A stretch of 32,000 nucleotides of DNA from Aeropyrum pernix K1 (GTDB lineage: Archaea > Thermoproteota > Thermoprotei_A > Sulfolobales > Acidilobaceae), in assembly GCF_000011125.1 (NCBI RefSeq), contig NC_000854.2, positions 1,637,697 to 1,669,696 of the forward strand, written 5' to 3'. The position numbers and the translations under genes were made by a program. How positions within the stretch are numbered: position 1 is the first letter of the stretch; each line of letters starts with the position of its first letter. Below are positions 18,392 through 27,899 of this stretch, piece by piece. The notes beneath the pieces were generated by a model. That model made no database searches and was not told the DNA's origin. It worked only from the letters and a program-made list of their open reading frames with translations.

Positions 18392-19933
18392 CTACCCAGC
18401 CTTCTCCCTCTCAAGGGCTCTCCTTACAGCCTCTACAGCGCTTGGGTCCTCAAGCGTGGTGACGTCTCCAACAGGCTGGCCTCGTAGCAGGCTTATCATA
18501 ATCCTCCTCATTATCTTACCACTCCTAGTCTTCGGGAGCTTCTCCACGAAGTATATCTTTGACGGCTCCGCTATAGGGCCTATCAGCCTTCTCACTGTCT
18601 CCCTAAGCTCCCGCTCCAGCTTATCGCTCGGCTCGTAGCCAGCCCTAAGGACGACGAAGGCCACGGGAACCTCACCCTTAACGGGATCGGGCGCCCCCAC
18701 CACGGCTGCCTCGCTCACCGCGGGGTGTGTGAGGAGGGCGTCCTCAAGCTCTATAGTTCCAATCCTGTGTCCCGCCACGTTGAGGACCTCGTCAGCCCTA
18801 CCTAGAATCCAGAAGTAGCCGTCGCGATCCCTCACAGCATAGTCCGCGGGATAGTAGATCCAAACCCCCTCCTCCGGCTTGCTGAACCTGGACCAGTAGG
18901 TCCTCACATACCTATCAGGATCTCCCCATATACCCAGCATCATGCCGGGCCACGGCTCCCTCACAACCAGGTAGCCCTTCTCACCCGGCCCTGCCTGCCT
19001 CCCGTCACTTGTCAGGACATCAGCCACAATCCCAGGTAGCGGGAGCGTAGCGCTGCCCGGCTTCAGGGGGACCAGCGCTATCCCGGGCGCGGGACTTATC
19101 ATTGCCGCCCCCGTCTCGGTCTGCCACCACGTATCCACTATGGGAGCCCTCTTCCAGCCTATCTTCTCGTAATACCACTTCCACACCTCGGGGTTAATCG
19201 GCTCCCCCACAGTACCCAGTAGCCTTAGCCGGGAGAAGTCTCTGCCCTCAACCCACTCGTCCCCATACTTCCTGAGCAGCCTGAGAAGGGTGGGGCTAGT
19301 GTAGAAGACCGTTACTCCGTAGCGCTCCACCATCTCCCAGATCCTACCAGGGTTCGGATAGTCTGGAGCCCCCTCGTACATGATCTGGGTCTCGCCGTGC
19401 ATCAACGGGCCGTAGACTATGTAGGTGTGGCCCGTTATCCAGCCTATATCCGCGGCGGTCCAGAAAACGTCCTCGGGCCTCGGATCCCAGTTCCAGCGGA
19501 ACACGTTGTAGACGTAGGTCATGTAACCGCCTACGCTGTGCATTATACCCTTAGGCTTTCCCGTCGTCCCGCTGGTGTATAGTATGAAGAGCACGTCGTC
19601 AGACTTCCTCGGCTCCGGCTTTACATAGACCTTCTCAGGCACCTCCTTCAGGAGGTCGTGGTACCAGACGTTCAGCTCGCTGCTCCACCTAACCTCGTTC
19701 CCAGCCCTCCTCACCACTATAACCTTCCTAACCTTTACACCATTGTCGGCGGCAAGCTTCACGGCCTCGTCGGCGTTCTTCTTGAGATCAACTATCCTCC
19801 CCCTCCTATAGAAGCCATCCGCCGTTATCAGGACATCCGCCTTGGCGTCGACAATCCTGTCGGCGAGGGCCCAGCTGCTGAACCCCGAGAATACCACGCT
19901 GTGTATGGCCCCGATTCTTGTCACGGCTAGCAT
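18392..19933 (-). CDS. acs: Acetyl-CoA synthetase (AMP-forming), C-terminal 513-aa portion
   Basis: Begins [19 protein letters not shown] (E. coli Acs has ..[20 protein letters not shown]). AMP-binding signature [11 protein letters not shown] and C-terminal ..[12 protein letters not shown]... It directly follows an in-frame TAA. Confidence 0.9.
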   Translation of the reverse strand: MLAVTRIGAIHSVVFSGFSSWALADRIVDAKADVLITADGFYRRGRIVDLKKNADEAVKLAADNGVKVRKVIVVRRAGNEVRWSSELNVWYHDLLKEVPEKVYVKPEPRKSDDVLFILYTSGTTGKPKGIMHSVGGYMTYVYNVFRWNWDPRPEDVFWTAADIGWITGHTYIVYGPLMHGETQIMYEGAPDYPNPGRIWEMVERYGVTVFYTSPTLLRLLRKYGDEWVEGRDFSRLRLLGTVGEPINPEVWKWYYEKIGWKRAPIVDTWWQTETGAAMISPAPGIALVPLKPGSATLPLPGIVADVLTSDGRQAGPGEKGYLVVREPWPGMMLGIWGDPDRYVRTYWSRFSKPEEGVWIYYPADYAVRDRDGYFWILGRADEVLNVAGHRIGTIELEDALLTHPAVSEAAVVGAPDPVKGEVPVAFVVLRAGYEPSDKLERELRETVRRLIGPIAEPSKIYFVEKLPKTRSGKIMRRIMISLLRGQPVGDVTTLEDPSAVEAVRRALEREKAG

Positions 19934-20356
19934 TTATATGGGTAGCTCGGGTATCATGGGTAGGTAGATTGCAACCCTGTCCCCCGGCTTCACGCCGATA
20001 TACTCTTTCAAGGCGTATGCTAGTCTGTTAACCTCCCTATAAAGGTCGCCGTAGCTGAGAACCCTCCTGTCCCCAGGCTCACCCTCCCAGTAGTATGCCA
20101 CCTTATTCTCAACACTAGTCCCTATCCACCTGTCAAGCGCGTTGAGGTTTATGTTAGTCTCTCCCCCCACAAACCACCGGTAGAACGGGGCTTTCCCCCT
20201 ATCCAAAACCTGATGCCACGGCTTAAGCCATACGAGCTCCCTGGCTCTCTCATCCCAGAAGCGCTCGATATCCTCTATACTCTTCCTGTAATAACCAAGA
20301 TACCTCTCAGCGTCAGGATAGTACCTCTCCTCGAAGGGAAGAGCCTCCTCAGACAA
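19934..20356 (-). CDS. acs: Acetyl-CoA synthetase, N-terminal 140-aa portion, ending at an in-frame TAA
   Basis: The sequence ..FWDERARELVWLKPW..WFVGGETNINLNALDRW..VAIYLPMIPELPI* matches the ACS N-terminal domain. TTG start at 20356 is preceded by GGTGAG. The stop (19936-19934) is contiguous and in frame with the ATG at 19933. Confidence 0.85.
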   Translation of the reverse strand: MSEEALPFEERYYPDAERYLGYYRKSIEDIERFWDERARELVWLKPWHQVLDRGKAPFYRWFVGGETNINLNALDRWIGTSVENKVAYYWEGEPGDRRVLSYGDLYREVNRLAYALKEYIGVKPGDRVAIYLPMIPELPI

Positions 20357-20401
20357 GGCCTCACCCCCGAAGCAGCCGCTATAGGCTGCTAATCCACGAT
20401 A

Positions 20402-20415
20402 ACATATATAATATC
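20402..20415 (-). promoter_or_regulatory. Candidate TATA box for acs
   Basis: On the minus strand, GATATTATATATGT lies about 50 nt upstream of the TTG start. A GGTGAG Shine-Dalgarno sequence precedes the start. Confidence 0.4.
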
Positions 20416-20576
20416 TGATAGACCACTTAAGTGGGATTAGGAATTAAGTCTATGTCCTGTTCTGAAGATTGCGGTAATGCCTGGGACCATTATGAGTAAG
20501 CGGAAAATCCTCTCAGAAACAAACACGGTATTTAAGCTTTTTCTACGCGACATTTATAGTATTAGAACAATTGTAT

Positions 20577-20598
20577 AGTTTAAAAATTATAAATATGT
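20577..20598 (+). promoter_or_regulatory. Candidate TATA/BRE region for the molybdopterin oxidoreductase operon
   Basis: TAGTTTAAAAATTATAAATATG lies about 65 nt upstream of the ATG at 20660. The GGAGGGGTG Shine-Dalgarno sequence at 20647-20655 implies a leadered transcript. Confidence 0.4.
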
Positions 20599-20659
20599 GC
20601 TTGGATAGGTGATATCAAACTGTATATTACAATATATAGGCATGAGGGAGGGGTGCCTA

Positions 20660-21361
20660 ATGAAGCGTTCCCCTTCAACAGCATGTAGCACGTGCAACAC
20701 GAGGAGAGAGTTCCTGAAGAAGACGGCAAAAGCGGCAGTGGCAACGTCATCCCTCATACTGCTAGGATCCGTCACAATAAAGTCTCAGGCAGCCAGCGAG
20801 AGGGTAAGAGGCAGACGCTTTGCGATGTTTATCGACGTCGACAAGTGCTACGGCTGCTACGCGTGTGTCGTTGCCTGTGCCCACGAGAACAATGTGCCTA
20901 TAGGAGTATATAGGACTTGGATAGAAAGGTATGTGAAGGAGGACGGTACTCCCGTTTATGTCCCCAAACAGTGCAACCACTGTGATAACCCGTCCTGTGT
21001 TGATGTCTGTCCTGTAAAGGCAACCTACGTCAACGAGGACGGCATTGTCCTCGTGGATGACGACCTATGCATAGGCTGTGGAGCATGTATACAGAACTGC
21101 CCCTACGGAGCTAGGTTCTACAACCCCATCAAAGGAGTCGCGGACAAGTGTACCTTCTGCGTCCACAGAATATACTCCGACATGCTTCCCGCCTGTGTAG
21201 AGGCCTGTCCGACGGGTGCAAGGGTGTTCGGCGAGCTTGCCGACGAGGAAAGCGAGGTCTCGAAGCTCATAAGGAGCAACAATGTCCAGCAGCTCAAGCC
21301 ATGGACCGGCAACGACCCACAGATATTCTACAAGGACTTGCCCCAGGAGGCTAACACCTAG
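20660..21361 (+). CDS. 4x[4Fe-4S] ferredoxin-type electron-transfer subunit of a molybdopterin oxidoreductase (TtrB/PsrB/NrfC-like) with a twin-arginine motif
   Basis: Four Cys clusters: CYGCYACVVAC, CNHCDNPSCVDVCP, CIGCGACIQNCP and CTFC..CVEACP. The N-terminus has TRREFLKK. The ATG at 20660 is preferred (Shine-Dalgarno sequence 4 nt upstream). Confidence 0.9.
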   Translation: MKRSPSTACSTCNTRREFLKKTAKAAVATSSLILLGSVTIKSQAASERVRGRRFAMFIDVDKCYGCYACVVACAHENNVPIGVYRTWIERYVKEDGTPVYVPKQCNHCDNPSCVDVCPVKATYVNEDGIVLVDDDLCIGCGACIQNCPYGARFYNPIKGVADKCTFCVHRIYSDMLPACVEACPTGARVFGELADEESEVSKLIRSNNVQQLKPWTGNDPQIFYKDLPQEANT

Positions 21362-21377
21362 TAGGGGGTGATGGGTT

Positions 21378-22592
21378 ATGAGTGTGGGTGAAGTGTTCGG
21401 GGTTTTCCCCGAGTTCGGCAACATTCTGCCCAACGAGATGGCGTACGACTTCAAAGCAGGAGGGGCAATATGGGGGGTGCTCCTAGTAGTCTACCCCCTC
21501 ATGACAGGAATACTCGCTGGCAGCTACCTAGTGAGCGCGCTGGCCTACGGCTTCGGCGTAAAGCGGCTATACAGGGTCGCAGGGCTATCGCTAATAATAA
21601 GCGTGGGCCTTCTGCTATCAGCCCCCATATTCCCCATGGCAGACTTGAAGCAGCCCCAGAGGGCCTTCGAGATCTTCCTGAGACCCCACGTTATACCCTC
21701 TGACGCCTATCCGGGAGTATCGCCCATGGCGTTCTTCGGTATACTGTATATCCCTCTGCTCGTAGTGGCGCTGCTTAACCTCATCTTTGTGTACAGGGCC
21801 GACATGGCTGCTAAGGCAGAAGCGACAGGAAATATCATCTACAGGATAGTATCGCTTGGCAGGGGATATAGTAGAGAAGATGTGGAGAGGGACAGAAGGG
21901 TTGTAAAAATCCTCTCCATCATAGGAGTAATCCTCGCAATACTCTTCCACGGATACTTCGACATACTCCTGGCAAGCATTAAGTCGAGAATACTTTGGGT
22001 TGACCCCAGCCTGCCTATAAGGCTATTGGCCTCCGCAGTATTCTCGGGAGCGGCTCTTGTAACAGTAGCATACTACATAGCGGCAAGATTTTCGCCTGGA
22101 GAGAGCATCGATGCCGGAACCATGAAGACGCTGAGCCTAATAATGCTCTTTGGCCTCGCGGCAGCCCTGATTACGGAGATAACCTCAGAAATACTTAGAG
22201 TAGGGTATTACCTGCTCCCGGGGGAGGGTATAGAATACTACGAGTCTCTCAGGGGGTCCATGTTCATAGACAACGCATACTATATACTTGCGCTAATTCT
22301 ACTCGTGTCTCTGCTGATACCGAGGGTTAGAGAGAACATACACTCTGTAGCCGCTATAGCCGCCCTGGCGATTGTTGCGGAGATACTCAACAAGTGGCTA
22401 GTGGTGATAGTCCCCCAGCTGCTCTCGAGAACCGAGGCCGGCTTCTTAGAGTATGCTATAGAAGGCTGGGAGATCCGCCTACTCGTTGGTGGCCTCGCCT
22501 GGACGGTGTTCGTATTTACAATACTGCTTTGGATCTTCCCGTGGAACGGCGAGTTCGCTTCAAGATGGGATATCGTTGGGGAGGGGAGGTGA
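21378..22592 (+). CDS. NrfD/PsrC/TtrC-family integral membrane quinol-interacting subunit
   Basis: 404-aa protein with about 9-10 hydrophobic helices, located between the FeS and catalytic subunits. GGGGGTGATG Shine-Dalgarno sequence upstream. Confidence 0.85.
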   Translation: MSVGEVFGVFPEFGNILPNEMAYDFKAGGAIWGVLLVVYPLMTGILAGSYLVSALAYGFGVKRLYRVAGLSLIISVGLLLSAPIFPMADLKQPQRAFEIFLRPHVIPSDAYPGVSPMAFFGILYIPLLVVALLNLIFVYRADMAAKAEATGNIIYRIVSLGRGYSREDVERDRRVVKILSIIGVILAILFHGYFDILLASIKSRILWVDPSLPIRLLASAVFSGAALVTVAYYIAARFSPGESIDAGTMKTLSLIMLFGLAAALITEITSEILRVGYYLLPGEGIEYYESLRGSMFIDNAYYILALILLVSLLIPRVRENIHSVAAIAALAIVAEILNKWLVVIVPQLLSRTEAGFLEYAIEGWEIRLLVGGLAWTVFVFTILLWIFPWNGEFASRWDIVGEGR

Positions 22593-22598
22593 TGGAAT

Positions 22599-25500
22599 AT
22601 GGTTAGTCGGCGTGATTTCGTTAAGGGCTCAATCGCCATAGCCTCCCTCCTTGTAGCGGGAGCAGGACTGCAGCCGGTGCTATCACAGCTAGTGCGCCCG
22701 AAGTTCGAGAGAATAGCTCCAGACCTTCAGATGGGAGCTAACGTGAGGTACGTCTACTCGTCATGCCTGGGCTGCAACGTGAGGTGTGGGATAAAGGCTA
22801 GAGTTGTGAAGGTAGGAGATCTCGAGATTGTGGAGAGGATAGAGGGGAACCCGTACCACCCATACAACAGGGCTGTGTCGCTCAACGGCAATGGTAAGCT
22901 CGGTAGCCAGCACCTCCGGTTCTACCATCTACCCTACAATACCCCAGTCAAGGAGGCGCTAACCAAGTGGCACGGCACCCTCTGCCCCAGAGGGCAGGAT
23001 GGAATATACTACCTATACGACCCGTACAGAGTTCTGGTGCCACTCAAGAGGGCTGGTCCTAGGGGGAGTGGAAAGTGGAAGCCGATCTCCTGGGAGCAGC
23101 TGATAAGGGAGGTTGTCGAGGGCGGTGTGATAGAGGAGACGGGCGAGAGGCTGCCAGGCCTGAGGGACTTCTTCGTATACGGAAAGCTGAGGGAAGCCGG
23201 GTTTGAAGACCCCAACGCCATACTGTCTGATATGAAGAAGGACGTGCAGGAGATTCTCGAGTATGCGAAGAAGCCCGAGACTAGCTACGAGGATATAGTA
23301 ATGAAGATAGAGGAGTTTAAAGAGAAGTGGTCTAAAATATTGGGTGAGAAGGGCCTCAAGCTAGACGATATACTTATTGACCCTGACAGGCCGGACCTCG
23401 GGACTAAGGCTAACATGGTCGCTTACCTCAGGGGCAGGGGCCAGGGACACACCGACTACATGAGCGCCCGCTGGATAGCCGGTTTCGGTAGTGTTAACTG
23501 GCTGAGGCACACTAGCGCATGCCAGCTTGGATATTACGCTGCAAACTACCTCTGGGCGGGCTACCATGACATACAGCCAGATCCTGTTAGCAGCAAGGTA
23601 ATCATAATGGCCGGGGCTAGCATGGGCAGACTCCACCCGGGCACCACGGGCCAGGGCCTCCTGATATCCAGGGCTGGAGAGGGTGATCTCAAGATTTACT
23701 ATGTAAACCCCACTGCTCCGAGAACCGATGCTGGCGGTAACATAGTTTGGATTCCGATAAAGCCCGGCTACGACGCAGCTCTGGCATTCGCCCTTATCAG
23801 GTGGATAATTGAGAATGAGAGGTACAACAAGGAGTTCCTCGAGATACCCAACGAGGAGGCGGCTGAACGGAAGGGCTATCCTGTGCATAGCAACGCTACC
23901 TGGCTAGTCATAATGGAGGAGGGCCACGAGAAGTGGGGCGAGTATCTGAAGGCTAAAGACGTGGGGCTGGAAGACAGCGACAAGCCAGTCGTATTCACGG
24001 GAGAAGGCCTTGCAACTTACGACAGCGTTGATAATGCCGAGATAGACTGGGAGGGAGAGGTAGTTCTCACAACTGGCGAGAGAGTCAAGGTGAAAACATC
24101 ATTCCGGATCCTAAAGGACGAGGCCCTCTCCCGAAGCATAGACCAGTGGCTATCCGTAGCCAGCCCCTACGAGCCCGGCTCCAGCGAGTTCAGGGAATGG
24201 AAGGAGAAGGTCCTGGAGATGGCGAGGGACTTCGCCGAAGCGGCCCCAATGGCAGGCACATACGTCCACCGCGGTGTGGGGATGCACTCCAACGGTGAAT
24301 ACGCTGTCTGGGCATACAGGGCTCTCGACACCCTAGTAGGGAACTATCACAGGAAGGGAGGCCTCCTGGCCAGGGCAGGCCATACCAAATATAACAGCTA
24401 CGTCTACCATGTCGATAAGAAGGGCTTTGGAGAGCCTGTGAAGTGGGGGCCGCCGATAGACAGGCATAAAGCAAAGTATGAGGACACCTTAGAGTACTGG
24501 CTCAAGGTGAAGAAGGGGGAGAACCCGTACCCCGCTAAGAGGCCATGGTACCCGCACACTCCAGAAGAGAGCTACACCGAGATATTTGCAGGCATAGCGG
24601 AAGAGTATCCATACAAGATGGGCGCCTTGATACTATTCTACGCTAACCCAGTGCTCTCCGCCAACTATGGAGTGAAGTTCATAGAGGTGTTGAAGGATAC
24701 CAAAAAGCTACCCCTGTTCATAGCAATAACCACAACCATAAACGAGACCATGCTCTACGCCGACTATATCGTCCCCGATACAACTTACCTCGAAACAGGC
24801 ACGCTAGGGATGCAATACCTATACGCGAGCAGCGGTGGAGTGCTTCTAGCTGAGGCTGCGAGAAGCCCTGTCGTCATGCCGCTCACACAGAAGATAGGCG
24901 AGCCGGAGAGGTATGCTAGCTTCTGGGAGTTCTTCATAGACACTGGCAAGGCCCTCGGTATGCCGGGCTTCGGCAAGGGAGCGATAAAGGGTCTAAAGTA
25001 CCACGAGGGGAAGAGCTACGACCTCGACAGCCTGTGGGACTACATAATGAGGGTGTACGCCAACGCCGCCATGCACGCTAAGGACATGGGAATCATACCG
25101 GAAAACGTCCCGGAGGAGGAGGTCAAATTCGTGGAGGAGAACTACCCGGTGGCCAAGTTCAAGCACCTAATTCCCGACGAGTGGCCGTACGTAGCATACA
25201 TGCTCGCAAGGGGAGGAGTCTTCACCAGCTACGAAGAGTCATTCCATCCCAACGGAGTGTCTAAGAGGAAAGTGCCAAGCAAGAGGAAGAAGTTCAAGAA
25301 GACGCTAATGCTATGGAACGAGGACCTCGCCAAGACTAGGAACAGCGTCACTGGAGCCAAGTTCTGGGGAGGACCCAAGTACATACCGCCATCAACCTAC
25401 GCACCAGTCAAGGGCGGCTCAAAGAGCTTCTACGGAACACCCCTCAGGGAGATCTACCCGGAGAGCGAGTATCCATTCCACCTGGTATTCACCACAGGCC

Positions 25501-26096
25501 CGCTGTTCACGAAGCACAGGAGCCAGTTCTACTACGCTATAAAGCAGATATCCCCCGAGAACTACCTTGTCGTCAACCCGAAGGATGCTGAGAAGCTTGG
25601 CCTAGAGACAGGAGACGTTGTAGAGGTTGAAACACCAACTGGCAGGTTCAAGGCACCCGTCGTTGTGGAGCCCACCGTCCCACCCGGCGTCATAATGGTT
25701 CCATACGGCATGGGGAGGTGGGCAGACACAGTTGTAAAGAAGCCAAGCTACTTCGAGGTCAAGGACAGCAGGCTAGCGAGCCTCATAAACGAGCTGCCGG
25801 AGAGGGAGGAAATACCCGAGGAAGCTGTCAACCCGGTGAAGAAGCTCCCCGAGCTCAAGAAGAAGGTGCTCTTCACAAAGAGCACCCCAGCATACTATAA
25901 CCAGGCAGAGCCAGACAAGTGGAGGTTCAACGGAATAACCCCCAACGTGGCGGAGATGAGCGACCCAAGCCTCGGAGGATGGCCGCTTCTAAGCATAATA
26001 GGGGCAGCCCAGGCATACTACTTCAACGTAGCCAGGATACGGAAGACGGGGGAGAAGCACGAGTTCGAAAAGACCTATCCATACATAGTATGGTAG
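22599..26096 (+). CDS. Molybdopterin (bis-MGD) oxidoreductase catalytic subunit, Tat-exported, unusually large (1165 aa); tetrathionate/polysulfide/thiosulfate-reductase-like
   Basis: Tat motif MVSRRDFVKG. N-terminal FS0 motif C-x2-C-x3-C (SSCLGCNVRCG) with a distant fourth Cys (GTLCPRG). C-terminal MGD-binding barrel (VVNPKDAEKLGLETGDVVEVETPTGRF..VMVPYGMG) followed by an extension of about 130 aa. Confidence 0.9.
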   Translation: MVSRRDFVKGSIAIASLLVAGAGLQPVLSQLVRPKFERIAPDLQMGANVRYVYSSCLGCNVRCGIKARVVKVGDLEIVERIEGNPYHPYNRAVSLNGNGKLGSQHLRFYHLPYNTPVKEALTKWHGTLCPRGQDGIYYLYDPYRVLVPLKRAGPRGSGKWKPISWEQLIREVVEGGVIEETGERLPGLRDFFVYGKLREAGFEDPNAILSDMKKDVQEILEYAKKPETSYEDIVMKIEEFKEKWSKILGEKGLKLDDILIDPDRPDLGTKANMVAYLRGRGQGHTDYMSARWIAGFGSVNWLRHTSACQLGYYAANYLWAGYHDIQPDPVSSKVIIMAGASMGRLHPGTTGQGLLISRAGEGDLKIYYVNPTAPRTDAGGNIVWIPIKPGYDAALAFALIRWIIENERYNKEFLEIPNEEAAERKGYPVHSNATWLVIMEEGHEKWGEYLKAKDVGLEDSDKPVVFTGEGLATYDSVDNAEIDWEGEVVLTTGERVKVKTSFRILKDEALSRSIDQWLSVASPYEPGSSEFREWKEKVLEMARDFAEAAPMAGTYVHRGVGMHSNGEYAVWAYRALDTLVGNYHRKGGLLARAGHTKYNSYVYHVDKKGFGEPVKWGPPIDRHKAKYEDTLEYWLKVKKGENPYPAKRPWYPHTPEESYTEIFAGIAEEYPYKMGALILFYANPVLSANYGVKFIEVLKDTKKLPLFIAITTTINETMLYADYIVPDTTYLETGTLGMQYLYASSGGVLLAEAARSPVVMPLTQKIGEPERYASFWEFFIDTGKALGMPGFGKGAIKGLKYHEGKSYDLDSLWDYIMRVYANAAMHAKDMGIIPENVPEEEVKFVEENYPVAKFKHLIPDEWPYVAYMLARGGVFTSYEESFHPNGVSKRKVPSKRKKFKKTLMLWNEDLAKTRNSVTGAKFWGGPKYIPPSTYAPVKGGSKSFYGTPLREIYPESEYPFHLVFTTGPLFTKHRSQFYYAIKQISPENYLVVNPKDAEKLGLETGDVVEVETPTGRFKAPVVVEPTVPPGVIMVPYGMGRWADTVVKKPSYFEVKDSRLASLINELPEREEIPEEAVNPVKKLPELKKKVLFTKSTPAYYNQAEPDKWRFNGITPNVAEMSDPSLGGWPLLSIIGAAQAYYFNVARIRKTGEKHEFEKTYPYIVW

Positions 26097-26695
26097 GGAG
26101 GATCATAGCCTTGGAGAAGCACATCCACAACCTAAACCCCACTTTTTTCCTAGGCGTCTCCAACATATTCGGCCTCGCCTCAGCACTACTTCTCTCCAAG
26201 GCAACCGGAGACGATATAGATGATGGTCTGGACGACATTCCCCCCGCGGCCGAAAAGCTTGTAGCTGAGCTCAAGGAAGCCGTCAAGAGCTTGAGCAGGG
26301 AGGATGCAGCGAGGCTCACATCCACCGACTGCCGCCAGGACCTCACAAAGGCTGCTAAGCTTGTCTGGAGGAAGACTGTAGAGGCTTTCTACGAGAACCA
26401 CGGCTACTCGGCTGGAGGGCCCTTGCCGCCGGACCACCTGGCCGTCCAGCTCGCCTTCGCCTCGAGCATCCTTCGCGAGGCGGCGATGGCTCTTGCGAGG
26501 GATGATAGGGAGGAGGTGGTAAGATACCTCAAACTGTTTAGCCGTTTCGCCTCGGCCCACCTGATACCGACGGCGAGGGGCTGTACGAACGGGTTCACAG
26601 CCCTTATAACAGAGCTTACAGAGTACACCAACGAGTTAGTCAGGCCACTCCTGGTGGAGGAGATAAGCAGGCTGAGGGAGGCTGAGGAGGCCTAG
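26090..26695 (+). CDS. TorD/DmsD/NarJ-family redox-enzyme maturation chaperone
   Basis: Characteristic PPDHLAVQLAFASSIL segment. The ATG at 26090 overlaps the catalytic-subunit stop (ATGGTAG). The ORF-track start at 25919 lies inside the upstream gene. Confidence 0.75.
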   Translation: MVGRIIALEKHIHNLNPTFFLGVSNIFGLASALLLSKATGDDIDDGLDDIPPAAEKLVAELKEAVKSLSREDAARLTSTDCRQDLTKAAKLVWRKTVEAFYENHGYSAGGPLPPDHLAVQLAFASSILREAAMALARDDREEVVRYLKLFSRFASAHLIPTARGCTNGFTALITELTEYTNELVRPLLVEEISRLREAEEA

Positions 26696-26711
26696 CGAGC
26701 CCCTACTATTT

Positions 26712-27893
26712 TTATCCCCCTTGTTTTTTGGCTAGCCCCAACATTGCAACCGCTCCTCCTCCACCCGCTAACAACGCCACGGCAGCACCCGCCCACACGG
26801 GCAGGCTTGCCATAGCAATGTTCCCAACACTCCACCCCAGCCCCATGGCGAAGTAGACCACGCCAAACCCCAGCCCCCTCAGGCGGGGTTCCAGAGAGTC
26901 TGCCACTACAGACCGGAAAACACTCTGAAACCCTCCCATGGCCACGCCCCAGAGTATGGCTGCCAGGGCTAGTGGGGCGCCCAGTAGCACTGCCAGGCTT
27001 GACGCCGCCGCCACAATGGGGACGAGGGCGACTACACCGCGTGTGACCTTATCGTAGGCGACTCCCAGGGCGAGAGCGGCCAGGGCGTCGACAAGCATAG
27101 CGACAGCGTAGGCTCCAGCTATTAAAGAGGCGTCAACACCCTGAACGCTGTATCTGAAAGAGGCGTGGATCCAGTGTATGAACCCCGCCATAGAGAGCCC
27201 AGCAGCAGCAGCCAACGGCGCCACCCTCCCAAACGGCGGATAGCCTCCTGGCGGCTTCTCGGCAGACTTTAGACGGGGGTAGAGTATGTAAGCGAGGGTG
27301 AGTAAGAGAAGGGAGACGAGGGCCGGAACCCCTAGAAGCGCGAAGACGCCACTATAACCAAAACCGCTGGAGAGAGCCGCCATGACCAGCAGGGGCCCCG
27401 CAATAGCCCCCACCTGGTCCATGGCCTCGTGAACCGCATACACCACCCCACGGCCCAGGCCGCCCGAAACCTCGGCTAGAATAGCATCTCTAGCAGGAGC
27501 CCTCACGCCCTTACCAGCCCTCTCAAGCAGGACAAGTAGGAAAGCCTCCTCCCACCTCCCCGCAAAAGCGAGGAGGGGGACAGCAACAAGGTTAACAGTA
27601 TAGCCTAGAAACACAAGCCCCCAATAGGCACCGCTAGACCCGACCCTATAGGCGAACAAGCCCCCGAAGAGCCGCGCAACATAAGCAACAAGATCACCCA
27701 CAGAAACAGCCGCAGCAACAACAAGCCCCGCCTCAAGAAACTCCAGATAAGGCCCAACTATACCCCGAGCACCCTCGTAAGTCAAATCGGCGAACAGCGA
27801 AACCAAGCCAAGCAGAACAAAAACCACAACCCCCCTAGACACCACAACTACACCCCGGGAAAACCATAACACACCCACAGGCAACAAAACCAA
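26712..27893 (-). CDS. MFS transporter
   Basis: About 12 hydrophobic helices and an N-terminal LFADLTYEGARGIVGPYL motif typical of an archaeal MFS subgroup. The TTG at 27893 lies only 6 bp from the tRNA 5' end, so the real start is probably an internal GTG. Confidence 0.8.
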   Translation of the reverse strand: MVLLPVGVLWFSRGVVVVSRGVVVFVLLGLVSLFADLTYEGARGIVGPYLEFLEAGLVVAAAVSVGDLVAYVARLFGGLFAYRVGSSGAYWGLVFLGYTVNLVAVPLLAFAGRWEEAFLLVLLERAGKGVRAPARDAILAEVSGGLGRGVVYAVHEAMDQVGAIAGPLLVMAALSSGFGYSGVFALLGVPALVSLLLLTLAYILYPRLKSAEKPPGGYPPFGRVAPLAAAAGLSMAGFIHWIHASFRYSVQGVDASLIAGAYAVAMLVDALAALALGVAYDKVTRGVVALVPIVAAASSLAVLLGAPLALAAILWGVAMGGFQSVFRSVVADSLEPRLRGLGFGVVYFAMGLGWSVGNIAMASLPVWAGAAVALLAGGGGAVAMLGLAKKQGG

Positions 27894-27899
27894 TAAGGA

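Noticed and set aside
20609-20659. Upstream start of the FeS subunit, and the 62-aa minus-strand ORF 20587..20775
   Set aside because: This is AT-rich promoter DNA. A strong GGAGGGGTG Shine-Dalgarno sequence sits right before the ATG at 20660, and the extension would place hydrophobic residues ahead of the Tat motif.
25919-26089. N-terminal extension of the TorD-like ORF as given by the ORF track
   Set aside because: This part lies wholly inside the 3' end of the catalytic-subunit gene in another frame. Its sequence is basic and low in complexity. The ATG at 26090, overlapping the upstream stop, gives a chaperone of normal size (201 aa).
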